Counted from the whole stretch's first letter, positions 1-12,254 are shown. The stretch is 63,986 bases of DNA, filler included, from Basidiobolus ranarum (GCA_040143965.1; 7 parts of 7 records of this genome joined end to end with filler, not necessarily neighbours in it); one strand, 5' to 3'. Made by a program: numbers and translations. The notes: generated by a model from the letters alone, not told the origin.

Positions 1-166
1 AGCACAAGTTTGAAAAATCTATATATCTGAGAACTTCTAAGTTGGTAAAAATATTCTAAGTAAATTCCGATTGAGAATAATTGATAATATCTTAGTGAGT
101 TATAAGATAACAAAGTGCTAAGCTCTATATGACTATATAGGTGTTTAGGCAATGCTAATTTCAACA
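1..166 (-). mobile_element. Ty1/copia family LTR, partial (cut by window start)
   Basis: Colinear with the LTR at 19007-19353. Ends ...ggtgtttaggcaatgctaatttcaaca, i.e. a TGTTGAA terminus on the minus strand. Confidence 0.85.
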
Positions 167-245
167 AACTTTCTACTCAACAAATCAATAAGTTAAAACC
201 ATCAATTCTTCTAGTTCTCCAAATCACTCCCAAAATACTTCAAGA
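167..245 (+). mobile_element. 3' fragment of the same LTR family, opposite orientation
   Basis: aactttctactcaacaaatcaataag...caaaatacttcaaga matches the 3' part of the LTR at 36209-36538. Confidence 0.75.
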
Positions 246-397
246 TAAGTAAGATTAGGATTTTCACAACAATCATTTGACTAGGATTGAAACAATACAT
301 ATTAGACTCATAAAATACTCAAGAGAATATTTGTTTCATTCTCTTGTTAAAACAGAATAGAATAAAGATGATTTTATTGGGGAAATATTGAGAAATT

Positions 398-1070
398 TCA
401 TTCGGAATTTTTGAGTAAAAAACTTGGATCTGCCTTAACTTTCCGTTGAGTAGTTTGATACCAATTTTCGAATGCTTTTAAGGGAATCATATCGTTACTT
501 CCTCCGCTCACATAAGAAGTCACAAAATTATACACTTGATTGAGAATTCTTTCTGCTATAACTATAGGTGAGGCGGCTGGTTTGTTGTTGGAGGTACTCT
601 GTAAATGAGCTTGATATTGTTGCTCCACTAGATTGATCGGTTCAATGGATATTCCTAGTGTGGCGGTAACCCCAGGAGTTGTCGAGTTCTCGGTTCCAGG
701 TTGAAGTCGAAATACTGCCGAAGGTTTGTCATTGGATAACCTGTTGAAAGACCAATGATGAGTTTCTGTTAAGAAGCTTAATATGAACAGTTTGAAATAA
801 CTTACACTCCCAACATTTGCCAGTTCTTGTTGGGCCAAAGGAAGTGTACAGTAGCGGCAAAACCCGGTTCAAAGGGGATGGTACCCAGTAAAAAGACTAT
901 TATGTGATTGATGTTGTGGGCATCTACCAATTCGAATACATATTTGTTGACATCCACTTGTTGAAGATTGGTTTGAACCTAGGGTCAGTATAAACCGTTA
1001 ATAAATTAAGCTTACAGTGATAGTTTAAAGTAATACCAACAAGTCTACCAGCTACAATACAGCCAAACAT
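398..1070 (-). CDS. OPI10: Hikeshi/OPI10 (DUF775) family protein, 3 exons
   Basis: Spliced translation MFGCIVAGRL|VQTNLQQVDVNKYVFELVDAHNINHIIVFLLGTIPFEPGFAATVHFLWP...LSNDKPSAVFRL...IPLKAFENWY. Confidence 0.9.
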
Positions 1071-1148
1071 ACTATACAATAAAAATGAGGAATAGCTCGC
1101 AACAAAGCGAGGTACTCTTTTTATTAAAAAAATTGATTGAAATCACCA

Positions 1149-1222
1149 TGACGTCAGAAGAGTTTCACTAGATTTTTCCTCCTAGTTCGAGATCAGTATA
1201 GCATGACCAACCCTAACCCTAA
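1149..1222. promoter_or_regulatory. CRE palindrome (TGACGTCA) and telomere-like box (AACCCTAACCCTAA) in a divergent promoter
   Basis: TGACGTCA at 1149-1156 and AACCCTAACCCTAA at 1209-1222, between the ATGs at 1070 (-) and 1453 (+). Function is inferred. Confidence 0.4.
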
Positions 1223-1452
1223 TAATTGATATTCAACCTCAAAAAGAAATCGAAACAAGGTAATTCATTCGAATTTGAAACAACCCGGTCAGAATTTTGG
1301 ATTTTATTTCAACATAAGAAAACAATAATTCTGGGAAATCTTGAAAATCAGGACTGTCCTGAAACTATCTGTTATAGTAAGGTTCGCTTCTAGAGTATAC
1401 TGTGTACCAATAACTTTTTAAGTGATTACCTTAAAGTTGTCCTCTACGCGAT

Positions 1453-4400
1453 ATGAAAGAGGAAACAAGCGCGACACAAAAACCAACTGGACTCTCAGTT
1501 CTATACGCGTCAAAGCTCAAATCTCCAGTTTACTCTAAAACAGCAACCAAAGAATTCATTCTTTCTCCAACTAGCAAATTAACTACACCTACAAAACGTT
1601 CCATCTATAACACTAATGCCATGTCTAATCTTACAAACTCGTACGTACCTTATATTGGCCTTTAAGTTACTACTTAAAATGACCACCATTTTTTTGGTTG
1701 AAATTCCTTCGCGTTCTAAATTGATTCCCTTTTTTTAAGATTACGAAAACCTCAATCTACCCCGGAGATACCACTTGAAAATTTCTCTCCTAGTCCGTTG
1801 AAAAGTTACCCCAGTTCTCCAATAACTTTTTCTTCGAAACGTCAACGTTCTTTTGTTATGGATTATGGTTCGTCACAAAAAATATCCTCTTATCCCCGAG
1901 GAAATAAAGGGTACCCATCTAGTCCCTCTGTGGGTACAAAGCAGCATCACATATCACAAACTCTATTAAAAACTCCACACTCTCATGAATTAAATCTACC
2001 TGCTTACATTTCTCCAGAAAAAAAGTCGCTTTTACAAGAAACTCCTCCTACTGCTACCAACAAAAATAAGCACTACCTACCTCTCGAGAAAAACACAAAT
2101 ACTGAGGATAGATCGTCCTCAACCCCTCCTCTAAAAAAATATCGAACAGGTACGATAAAGGAAGATTATATATATCTTTTATATATTTATAGCCATACTT
2201 CATACTTTGACAGTAGAATCTAAATTTTTTGATTTGTAACCATAGATAACATTCAGTCTAAAACAAACCTCCCTGAACAACAATCACAAAACCCTGCCGA
2301 AGTAAAAGTTAAAAGAGCAAATTCTGGCATTCTTTATACACCCCCGAAACCTATCTCCAGCGTATTAAACATCCACACTCAATCTCAAGATCCTCTAAGA
2401 AGTCAAAAAGGAAAGGAGCTTGAGCATCCAGCATCAAAAAATTCTTCAAGTCAACAATTTTCTATAGAAAACAAGAGTCCCTACACTGATGTACCTATCG
2501 AATCTGTCTCAATAAGAAATACCGGAAATGAGGAGGAGACCACCTCTTTCATCGAGGGTAAGTATCTATTATTCACAGGATTGAACGTTAAATCGAATGT
2601 GCATTGAATTTCCTTTGAAAGGGACTACTGGGAGTAACTTGGAGAGGACTGAAGAGCAATCGACTCCAACACTCAACTCTAAATTCTATGGAACCCCCTC
2701 TATTAGATCTACGAAAGAGAAAACAAGCTATTATGACAGTCCAAGAGTTCAAATGGACATTTCTCACGAGGATTCCGTCGATTCCCCCCGTTCATCCATC
2801 TCTACACAAGGAAGGATATCGCCTTTGTTAAAAAAGGCGGTTCACACTGATACGACACACGAGAGATCGTCCACTTCTGACCTTCTAGTTCATGAATCCA
2901 AGAAATCTATCGTAGTGAGTATATCAAATTACGAATTCCAAGAACTACCACTTGAAGAGAGCAATCCTATGGATGATATAGATAGCTTGCCCGAGTGTGG
3001 GATTGAAAATATATCGGAATCTCAAGTCGAGGCCTTGGCGAGCTGTGATCCACTCTTATCATCTGTCCACGTTACTCCAAATGACTCTAATATCACGTTG
3101 ACTCCATCTGAGATTGAGGACTCACAGGGCATTTCTACAGAGAGTGTTCAGATCGACAAGTTATCTCAGGAAGTAGAGTCAGACCTTAATACACCTTCCT
3201 TACCAAAACCACTTGAACTTGACCCTAAGGTACCAATAGAGCAGATATCTAGTACAGAAATATCACAGGATATCTCTGAAGCAGGAGTTGAAGAACAATG
3301 CGAATCCCAAATTCATCTCAGTTTCGACCATACACAAAAGCGATTATTCAATTCAATTTCAACATTAGGGGAGACTTTCTTTCAAGCTACGTATATGTTG
3401 GATAAGCTATTTCCTTTATCTTGCAGTCGAGCTTTTATTTCCCCTCATGGTACTAGTAGATTGTATACCCCTCGTAAATCCACTTTTAACCTAGCGGGTT
3501 TAGAGAAGGCTCTATGGGAAGGAGAGTACCCAACTTTGAGAAAATTTCAAAGTGACTTAACCAAGATGGCCTCAATAGTTCGAAAATCGTATGACGATAC
3601 GGATGTGATTTTCTTTGTCGCCAGAGATTTTTTACGAGCATTGGGTGAGATAATGGATGAAATCTACACACAGGATGTTATCAGTGAATTTCAAATGAAT
3701 TTTCAACAGTATTGGGAGACTCTGACTATTGATGAAATCCAAAATATCTATGCTGTTAAGATTCTTAATCAACAAGAAGCAGAAAGGAGTCATATGGAAT
3801 TACTAGCTAAAGAGATCACAGAATCCATACACTATCCCATATTGGACTTGCTCAATCATCCGTTTAAACCCTCAGTAGTCCGTCTGTTTGTCTCTCAGAA
3901 TCGAACTACCCTTGAAACATGTAGAGATGATCCCAACGGTGTGTTGCTCATTTTGTCAAATATTCAATATGACAAGGTTCCCGACAGTAAGAAAACAATT
4001 GTTCTAAAAGCAGATTGCTTTGTCTGTAAACCCATTGGAGAGAGACACGATATTGATGAAGTAGAAGTGTTACAAAATTTAGATTCTACTAAGACTTGGA
4101 TCAAAGTTTTAGTATTCAAAATAGTCAAACTTGATTTGGAAGTGCCAATCTCACTCCGCTCACAGCTAAGCAAGCCATTCAAGCCTTTTCTGTGTAAAAC
4201 TGACCATCTAAGAGAACATCTGAACGCGGAGTGGTCGCATATGACGCCAAAAAAACTCGATAAACTCGACTTACAATCGATACATGCAATGAATGAGAAC
4301 CATGCTGAAATAGCAACCAGCGTCATCGCCCCCTTAGAAGAACATGTCGAAATAGCAACCAGTGCCATTGCTCCCTTAGAAGAACTTGTCGAAACAGCAA

Positions 4401-6385
4401 CCAGCGGCATTACTCCCTCGGAAGAACATGTTGAGGATCATTCGACCGTACCAGTGCAACCATTGGAAGAACCATTAGATGACGAATTGTTAGTTTTGGA
4501 GGATACCTCGATAAACTTTCAACATACCGCGTTGACTGTTGTTAATTCGTTTACAGCTTCAACTCCAACTTCCCCTGTAACTAAACAAGAAGTGGACAGT
4601 CCCGTGATCCGATTTGATGAAGTTGAGGTAAATGATGAAACAATCAATGAAGATAGTGTCGCATTTAAACTCTCGAGATCGAATACACCCATTTTATTCC
4701 CGAACAGAGATTTAACACGTGAGGATTTGCAAGAGGCTTTAGTGTTGGATCCAGCCTCACACTTCACTGGTGAAAGCTCTAAACCAACTAAAAAGCATAC
4801 AACCTGGAGTGAAAAAATTCAATCAACAAGTCTAGCATCACAACCACAAAGCCATCCATCGTTAAACTCCGGTGAAAGCATAGAAAGTCCTGGTAAAGAT
4901 AAAGGGGTCATTCCCATAGCATCAGCCAAGTTTAGTAGAGAATTAGACGAACAAATAGAAGACTTCGACGAGAGACCTGTTAGAGGTAAATGTTGGGAAT
5001 AACGTGTCCAATAGAATACAAAAAGAGCTACTAATACTTGTCCACTTTGTTCAATCAGGTATTAGTGTCACTCGACCCAAATCTATTGCAGATTTATATC
5101 AACATTTCAAAATATGTAATTCAACGGCTTTACCTTTTGCTGCCTTCGAAGATTATCACCAACTAACTTGCCAATTTCATGATTGATAGTTGCTTACAAT
5201 CTTGGTGTGAAAGTGGAAAAATTGGATGATAATTACAAAACAGCCTTGTCTTCCGATGCGGTCGATGGATTCTTCAAATCAGTACATGGACACCTTCATA
5301 ATCCAAACGTGGTGATTCAGCTCTACAAAGAGATAAATGAATCCACATTTCAAGGACGTTTGATGGAGGTTCTATGTCTCGTGTAAGTTATGTTTATTTC
5401 CTGGCATCAACCACAAATTAGTCTAAACCAAAATCCAGCAAACTTAAAGGCACCAAACGAATCGGTGAGATCATGTCTATACTAGAGAATGAGACCAATC
5501 AACTCGCCGGATTGACCATGCTTAGGTATGGATAACAACACTATGCTTGATTGCCTTCTTAGCTAACTATTATGCATAGATGCCAGAAAACTTTGAAAGA
5601 CTACCTCCACGCTAGGCACAAGATTACATCCCAGCAGAAATACAAGATCATCAGAGACATGATCGTCGCAGTGAAAGTAATGCACGAGAATGGAATTGTC
5701 CATCGTGATCTTTCGGAGATCAATGTTATGGTAAACGAAAAGGCGGGCTCGTTGCTGAAAGACAACAGCCTTAGGCCTAAGGCGGTTATCATTGACTTTG
5801 GAAGAGCTTTATTTGTCAAGGCAGAAGATGTTTCGAAATGGAGCGTACGCAAATATGGCTTTGAAGAGTTGAAACTATTACCAAAAATCCACACCTCACC
5901 GGACCATGGTTACAAAAGATACAGGTAAGTCTACTGGTCTTCAGGCTCTCCAAATTGCATACTAAACTAATGCCTATATAAGATCCATTTGCACATTGCC
6001 AAAACATAAACAGGACCACGACATACTCCCTTACCCTGTTGACCCACTTGCTGAGGATATTTACTCCCTAGGCATCTTGATCTGGCGAACCTTGTCCCAA
6101 CAAAATCCTTGGCCAGGGGTATTTGACGATGATATTCGCGGGTTGAGAGAAATAGTTGGGAGCGAGGACAAGATGCGTAAAGAAATATGCAAGTCGATCA
6201 AGGGCACTAAATGCAGAGAGCTACTCTATGGCTGTCTTGCAGTCAATCCTCAAGAACGTTGGACATCGAAATTGTTGTTTGATTGGATTTGGAATACACA
6301 TAATCGACGTAGATTGATTCGAGAGTTCGAGGCGCATTTCCAAGGACGTAATGCATCCAGAAAACCCTCCAACGTGGAAGAATGA
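1453..6385 (+). CDS. Large multi-exon protein: Ser/Pro-rich N-terminus, degenerate bromodomain-like region, C-terminal atypical protein kinase domain
   Basis: Frame-preserving GT-AG introns at 1641-1739, 2150-2245, 2558-2621, 4986-5058, 5116-5189, 5383-5438, 5526-5579 and 5925-5982. Kinase motifs HRDLSEINVMV, IIDFG, EDIYSLGILIW and NPQERWT. Confidence 0.8.
4301..4434 (+). repeat. In-frame 42-bp tandem repeat (3 units plus a partial unit)
   Basis: Encodes HAEIATSVIAPLEE / HVEIATSAIAPLEE / LVETATSGITPSEE / HVE. Confidence 0.85.
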
Positions 6386-7005
6386 ATAGATAGATTGTTA
6401 GATAGATTTTTCGAATTCTTTTATCTCTTTTTTGTAAATATAATCGAGCCACGTCCAAGTATTCATTTAGCTTTAATTCAAATAGAATATAAACACTGAC
6501 CATTCATCACTGCGCATGCTATTCTTTGCTTCATGAGCTGCCATTATTCTATTTGGATCTGCAGAATCTTATGGGAAATTGAAACACCCATGTGATACTC
6601 TGTAAATGCAAACCGAAACACATCGGCCATTGCTTAAAGCCCAAAATTAAAACATGTGATACATCCAGATGGATCTATATGCATATAGCCTAAGGGTTGA
6701 ATTACAAGCTATTACATCGATACCGTACTTCAAAAGCTAGTAAGGCTGTTTTTAAGAACCCCACCCAATAATATGAGCACTCAAGTTCGAAAACCATCTA
6801 GCAAATTTTCCATCGACGCTCATTGGATAACCAGGGATTGGATTTCAATCATGATTTCGATCACATAAGCAAAGTGAAACACATCAACACCACCCTGAAA
6901 GAGTTCCTTGACAAACGGTATCAAATGGATTTCATGGATGTATCAAACCGCTTCTATAAGAGGTGGCTTGATTATCGGGGTTGGCAATATTTCACCACCT
7001 TTACC

Positions 7006-7623
7006 ATGAAATTGATGAAATTCGTGATCCTCAGTGTTGGTATCCTAAGCGTATCATGTACACCCATTGAACGCAGTGACCTATCTTATTCCCATGATAA
7101 AAGGGAGAGCGACGGGACGGCTGACTATTTCTTAAAAGGGTTAGCTGGCCTCATGGTCAAGTTGGGTCGGACCAAACCACAGGATATACTTGCCAAGATG
7201 CTTACCGGGACAAAGGCTAATTTGGAAGGGGCAGCTCTTGGTAATGTAGTCGATATCAAATCGAAGATGTTTGCCCTTTTGGAGACTTATCAGGAGGTTA
7301 TCACCTTCACCCTTGCTCAAATGAAAAGTAAAGTTAGTCTCTCGAAATTACATGGACTAGCAGATGCTACAGCGCGGAATATACTTGGGCTGGCGGAGGA
7401 GGCCCAGGTAAGAATCCGCAAAGATGCAGAGAAAACCGGTCTGGATAAAGGGAAAATAGACTTCATGGAAAAGGAATTGGGAAATTTCGTAAAAACTGTC
7501 ACTGACAGCTTGAGTAAAGCTAAAAGCGTATTTGAACAGGAATTCAAGCATAATATAGAGCCGGAGAAGAAAAACAAGAAGAAATTTAGTTTAGAAATAC
7601 CACCGGATCAACCACAAGTGTGA
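7006..7623 (+). CDS. Intronless putative secreted, all-helical protein of unknown function
   Basis: ATG at 7006 starts the signal-peptide-like MKLMKFVILSVGILSVSC, followed by a dibasic KR site (HDKR). The ORF-track TTG start at 6823 is probably 5' flank. Confidence 0.6.
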   Translation: MKLMKFVILSVGILSVSCTPIERSDLSYSHDKRESDGTADYFLKGLAGLMVKLGRTKPQDILAKMLTGTKANLEGAALGNVVDIKSKMFALLETYQEVITFTLAQMKSKVSLSKLHGLADATARNILGLAEEAQVRIRKDAEKTGLDKGKIDFMEKELGNFVKTVTDSLSKAKSVFEQEFKHNIEPEKKNKKKFSLEIPPDQPQV

Positions 7624-7948
7624 GATTAAACCCAAGTACAGAGTCAGCTACAAATGTAGAAGTCTGCTACCGTCCGCATAAATACATCTTTGTTAACCAT
7701 AAACTTCACTCTGTTTATTCAGCAATAACTCAGCAACATTAAATAATATCTATTGTAAAGTAATTCTCGAATCACGTGCCAATATTCGATTCAATGCTGG
7801 AAAAGTTTTAGGAATAATTTTGTTTGGTTTTTTAAAAACTGGTTGGGAGTGATTAAGATTCTTTCTTTCCCCCTATTACCATCCTTTTGGTGTTAGATAT
7901 TGCATCGGCTTTCCCTTGGTCATCCATCGATAATTGAAATTAGCAAAC

Positions 7949-8590
7949 ATGCCTCCAAAGTCCGATCCTAATGAAGTTAAGATTAGTAAGTGGAGCTATA
8001 TCTCAAGCGCTCTGTATACATCCATCAAGACTCGTACTAAATGTTCTCTTTATTCTTACTTCAGTCTATCTTAGAGCTACTGGTGGTGAAGTAGGTGCTT
8101 CCTCTGCTCTTGCTCCCAAAATCGGTCCTCTCGGTCTTTCCCCCAAGAAGGTCGGTGAAGATATTGCCAAGGCCACTCAAGACTGGAAGGGTCTTCGTAT
8201 CACCATCCAGTTGACTATTCAAAATCGTCAGGCTGCTGTTTCTGTTGTTCCTTCTGCTTCTTCTTTGGTCATCAGGGCTCTTAAGGAACCCATTCGTGAT
8301 CGCAAGAAGGAGAAGAACATCAAACACAGTGGTAACATTACTTTGGATGATGTTATCGAGATCGCCAGAACCATGCGCTTCAAGTCCTTGGCTCGCGAAT
8401 TGAAGGGTACCGTCAAGGAAATCCTTGGAACCTGTTTCTCTGTTGGTTGTACCGTCGATGGTCAAAGCCCTAAGGATCTTTCCGATTCTATTGATGAGGG
8501 TGAAGTTGAAATTCCTGTAAGTTTTTTTTATATATGGTACTTCATCTCGACTGGATACTTATCCTGCCCTTCTTTCTCTAGGAAAACTAA
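7949..8590 (+). CDS. RPL12: 60S ribosomal protein L12 (uL11), 3 exons
   Basis: [48 protein letters not shown]...VEIP|EN*. Introns at 7986-8064 and 8517-8581. Confidence 0.97.
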
Positions 8591-9008
8591 TTGTTGGAAT
8601 ACAACGTTTATTCGTAATAAATACAAAATACATTCAATATTGTTTTTTGAAATTTATCTTTAGTGTGTCAGTGAGAAGTAGATATGTCAAAACCTAACTG
8701 CGAGAGATTGCTCATTCGACATGCAGTATGAATAGTGATTCGTTTTGATTATATATACTTGATTTCTTAACTTTGGCTATACGAAATAAACATGTCGGAC
8801 CGTTTGGGTTGCCGTTGGTATATATATATATAATATAATTCAGTTCAGGTATGGATGTTAAAAGAACAAAATGCTGTTAAGAGCGAATTCACTTTTATTG
8901 TGTAAAAGTAAATCAGAAATAGATATCGATATAACACAAAATACCCAAAGGATAATATGCTCAGCTATCTAAATGGAGGAATATATACCAGGTGTAGGGC
9001 GGGAGAAA

Positions 9009-9165
9009 TTAGCAAACGGTACCCGAGCTGGAAGCAATTCTGGGCCAGAGATCGGCACATTCCTTACCAACGGGACCAGTAATAGCGGAACCCTTCATTT
9101 CACCCTTAGGGTTAACAATGACACCGGCGTTATCTTCAAAGTAAAGGAAGACACCGTCGCGTCTA
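9009..9165 (-). CDS. RPL23: 60S ribosomal protein L23 (uL14), 3' end only (contig edge)
   Basis: Minus-strand translation [51 protein letters not shown]. Not in the ORF track. Confidence 0.96.
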
Positions 9166-9265
9166 NNNNNNNNNNNNNNNNNNNNNNNNNNNNNNNNNNN
9201 NNNNNNNNNTTAATTAATTAANNNNNNNNNNNNNNNNNNNNNNNNNNNNNNNNNNNNNNNNNNNN
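9166..9265. other. Artificial contig linker
   Basis: 100 nt: N-run + TTAATTAATTAA (stops in all six frames) + N-run. Confidence 0.98.
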
Positions 9266-10228
9266 AAGTGGCGCAGAAATCCGATCGTAGTTATTTTCAA
9301 AAAGAGTTGGAACGCCGGGGAGTTCCGGTACATACTCGTAACCTAGAGCTTGGGGATGTGATATGGGTAGCTCGTCAATTTAATTGTGGTGGTTCGGAGG
9401 AAGAAATCTTTCTTGGATATGTAGTGGAACGTAAGAGGATGGATGATCTTGTGGCCAGTATTAAAGATGGTCGCTTTAAAGAGCAAAAATTCCGACTTAA
9501 CAATTGTGGAGCTAGCCAAATTGTTTATTTGGTTGAGGGGAATGAGGCTGATGGGACAAGAGCATTTGGCGGCTCTACAGCAATTCAAACTGCCCTTTCG
9601 TCCACGCAGGTGGTCGATGGATTTTTCTTGAAGAAAACGGAATCTGTGGATGACAGCATCACATACCTGACTCGTATGACAAGGCAACTTCAATTGATGT
9701 TCACGGTATGATTTGGATTCTGCAAATACTCATTAGAATTCTAGATTAACCTCGCTACTTTTTTAGGATTCAACATTACAAGTGTTACCCGATTCACTCA
9801 TTAATAAGGCCACTTACCTCGCACTTCGCGAGCATCTTGCTACCCTGGAACCTGGGAAAGAATTCTACATTTCTTATGGGGCTTACTGTCAGTTAAATAG
9901 CAAAAGTGGTGCATTGTCTCTACAGGATCTTTTTATTAAAATGCTAGTAACTACTCGAGGTATCACACCAGAGAAAGCCAACGAGATCATCAAAAGATAT
10001 CCCACACCCAAGAGGTATATGACTTGTGAAAATAATCGGAATTATGATCAAGTTATTCTAAACTAGATAATTTATTTTAGCTTATTTGAAGCGTATGACT
10101 CCCTCCATTCCGAAGAAAGCAAAAAACATTTGTTGAAAGATAACGCACGTGCAGTACGTAGAAAAAACATCGGCCCAGCCTTAAGTGAACGATTATACAA
10201 TGTTTGGTGCTCTACCAGCTATGATTGA
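9266..10228 (+). CDS. MUS81: Crossover junction endonuclease Mus81, 5'-truncated
   Basis: ERCC4 motifs LGDVIWVA, VERKRMDDLVASIKDGRFKEQKFRL and YLVE; C-terminal HhH TRGITPEKA...IGPALSERLY. Introns at 9706-9766 and 10015-10080. Confidence 0.93.
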
Positions 10229-11315
10229 GTAAAATTAATCCATGTCGTTGATTGTTCATGTAAATATAATTAAAGATGTATTCTGCTACCCTTCAAAATG
10301 AGCGTGGCGGTACGAGAATATTCACTTTCTATCACATCTCAATTACTTTACATTTTATTCATTGCAAACCATATGCATATAGAATTCGATATTTCTAGTA
10401 CGAGTATAATCATTACCGAGAGGTAAATAAATCAAAACAAACATCAAGCAACCTGATTACTCATCTCGAGGAACCGGAGGCCCACAAGGTTGAATCATTT
10501 TCTTGAATTGAAAAGTGTTAATCGAATAATATCTCTATATGCATCAATTGTTTAGTCAATAACAATACCTGTAACATGTTATAACGTACTCTAGCAGTAG
10601 TCTCATTTTCGGTGATAGCGAAGTAGCTCAACAAATGGTTATGGCCTACGAATGACGCGTATGAATCACGATGTTGATTCGACAACCATTCACTAAATTC
10701 CGGAAAAGGTAAAGTTAACTTGGGTGAGGACTTTCACAACAAAAAAAGAACCCATAACTTACAATTTATTGGTATCAGCATGGCCTGTACCAACGTATTT
10801 GGATTGCACTATAAATCGAAATCTCAAAGTTAATATATCATCGGTAAGGTTTGTTGATCAAAGGTTAAATTGAATCAGGAAATGGAAAACGTACAGTGCT
10901 CAAGTTGACTATTTATATTGAAACGATCCTAGAACAGAGGATTCATTGAGGTTAAGAGAGTAGTCCAACAAAATAAAATTCAAGAAACATTTACCATGTA
11001 AACAAATTCTCTAGAAGATTGAAAGGTGTGGAAGTAGGTTCACCGTCAACAAAGAGCTTTAAGCTTCTTACTTGAAACTTGATCTAAAGTTGAACAAATT
11101 AATTAATTTCGTTTAAATTTTAGACTGCTGAAAAAATTTCATTCACTATTTGAACTCTAGGATGATATTGTCTAGTCAGGAAAGTATGAAAAAAAAATTC
11201 CCTTCCTTTACAGTGGAAATTTATCTTAATTAAAACGGGAATAATTCTTTTTTTTTGAGTTGCTTGGAATATAAGAACTACACTTTTGTTCAAACAACTA
11301 AAAGTATAATAGAAT

Positions 11316-12254
11316 ATGGCTGACGACAACAAACAGACAAAAAAGCAGAAGAAGGCTGATCGTTTCCGTAACAAGAAGCGCAAGTTAGATGATATTGCTG
11401 ATGTACCTGAAGACGATGTTGAAGGTCAAGAAGTTGAAGTTAAGAAACCCGTAGAGAAAAAGAAGGTGGTGAAAGAGCCACCCAAGAAGAAAATTGCCAA
11501 GCACAGGTTTATTGTTTTCGTTGGTAATTAGCTTCTTCTTTTCATTTATTGCAACATTTATATATCAATCATGTGCTGATTTTCCTGTTTTAATAGGTAA
11601 TCTACCATATGAAACCACAAAAGAGAACCTTACCAAACACTTCGAAACTGCAGGTAAATATTTCTCGCAATATACTACCTCGAAGTTTTTATATTTATCA
11701 CTTTGATTTTTTAGGTGGAATAAAATCTGTTCGTCTAATTACCGACAAACAGACCAATAAGCCAAAAGGATTTGCTTTTCTTGAGTTTGATGATCCAGAA
11801 TGCTTGAAGGTATGGTGTGTTTTCCAAGTCATTTGCAACTTATAACTAATAGAAAACATCCTCTATGTTTACAGAAAGCCCTATTCTTCCACCATACCTT
11901 CTTCAACAGACGTAAGATCAATGTAGAGTTGACTGCTGGCGGTGGTGGTCAAAGCGAGGCGCGTAAGAACAAGTTAACCGAGAAGAATGCCAAATTAGAG
12001 GAAGAAAGAGTATGTATATTAATGAACGATATTTAGCATTATGAATCTAGTTCTAATGTTTACTATAGCGTAAGATTTTCGAAACTAAGATTGCCACTGA
12101 AAGAGCCGAGAGAGCAGCCCAAGGTCCCAGAGAACCTCCAGTTGTTCAAACCAAAAAGTTCAAGAAAAGGGAAAGTAGTATGCCTCGACCTCGTGAGGTC
12201 AGTGGTGCCAACAATATCCGCGTTCCCATGAGAAAGTTTGGTGGATCCAAGTAA
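11316..12254 (+). CDS. NOP6: Nucleolar RRM protein (Nop6-like), multi-exon
   Basis: Lys-rich N-terminus, RFIVFVGNLPY, KPKGFAFLEF, ALFFHHTFFNRRKINVELTAGGGG. Confidence 0.8.

Noticed and set aside
1209-1222. Telomerase RNA template
   Set aside because: More than two full repeats, inside a 380-bp divergent promoter that leaves little room for a telomerase RNA gene. A protein-binding site is more plausible.
8061-9221. ORF-track ORFs 8061-8465 (-), 8228-8416 (-) and 8973-9221 (+)
   Set aside because: Antisense shadows of the codon-biased RPL12 and RPL23 genes.
9210-9221. Recurrent TTAATTAATTAA as a biological repeat or CRISPR-like array
   Set aside because: Always centred in N-runs; it is an assembly spacer. 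No CRISPR array is present in the window.
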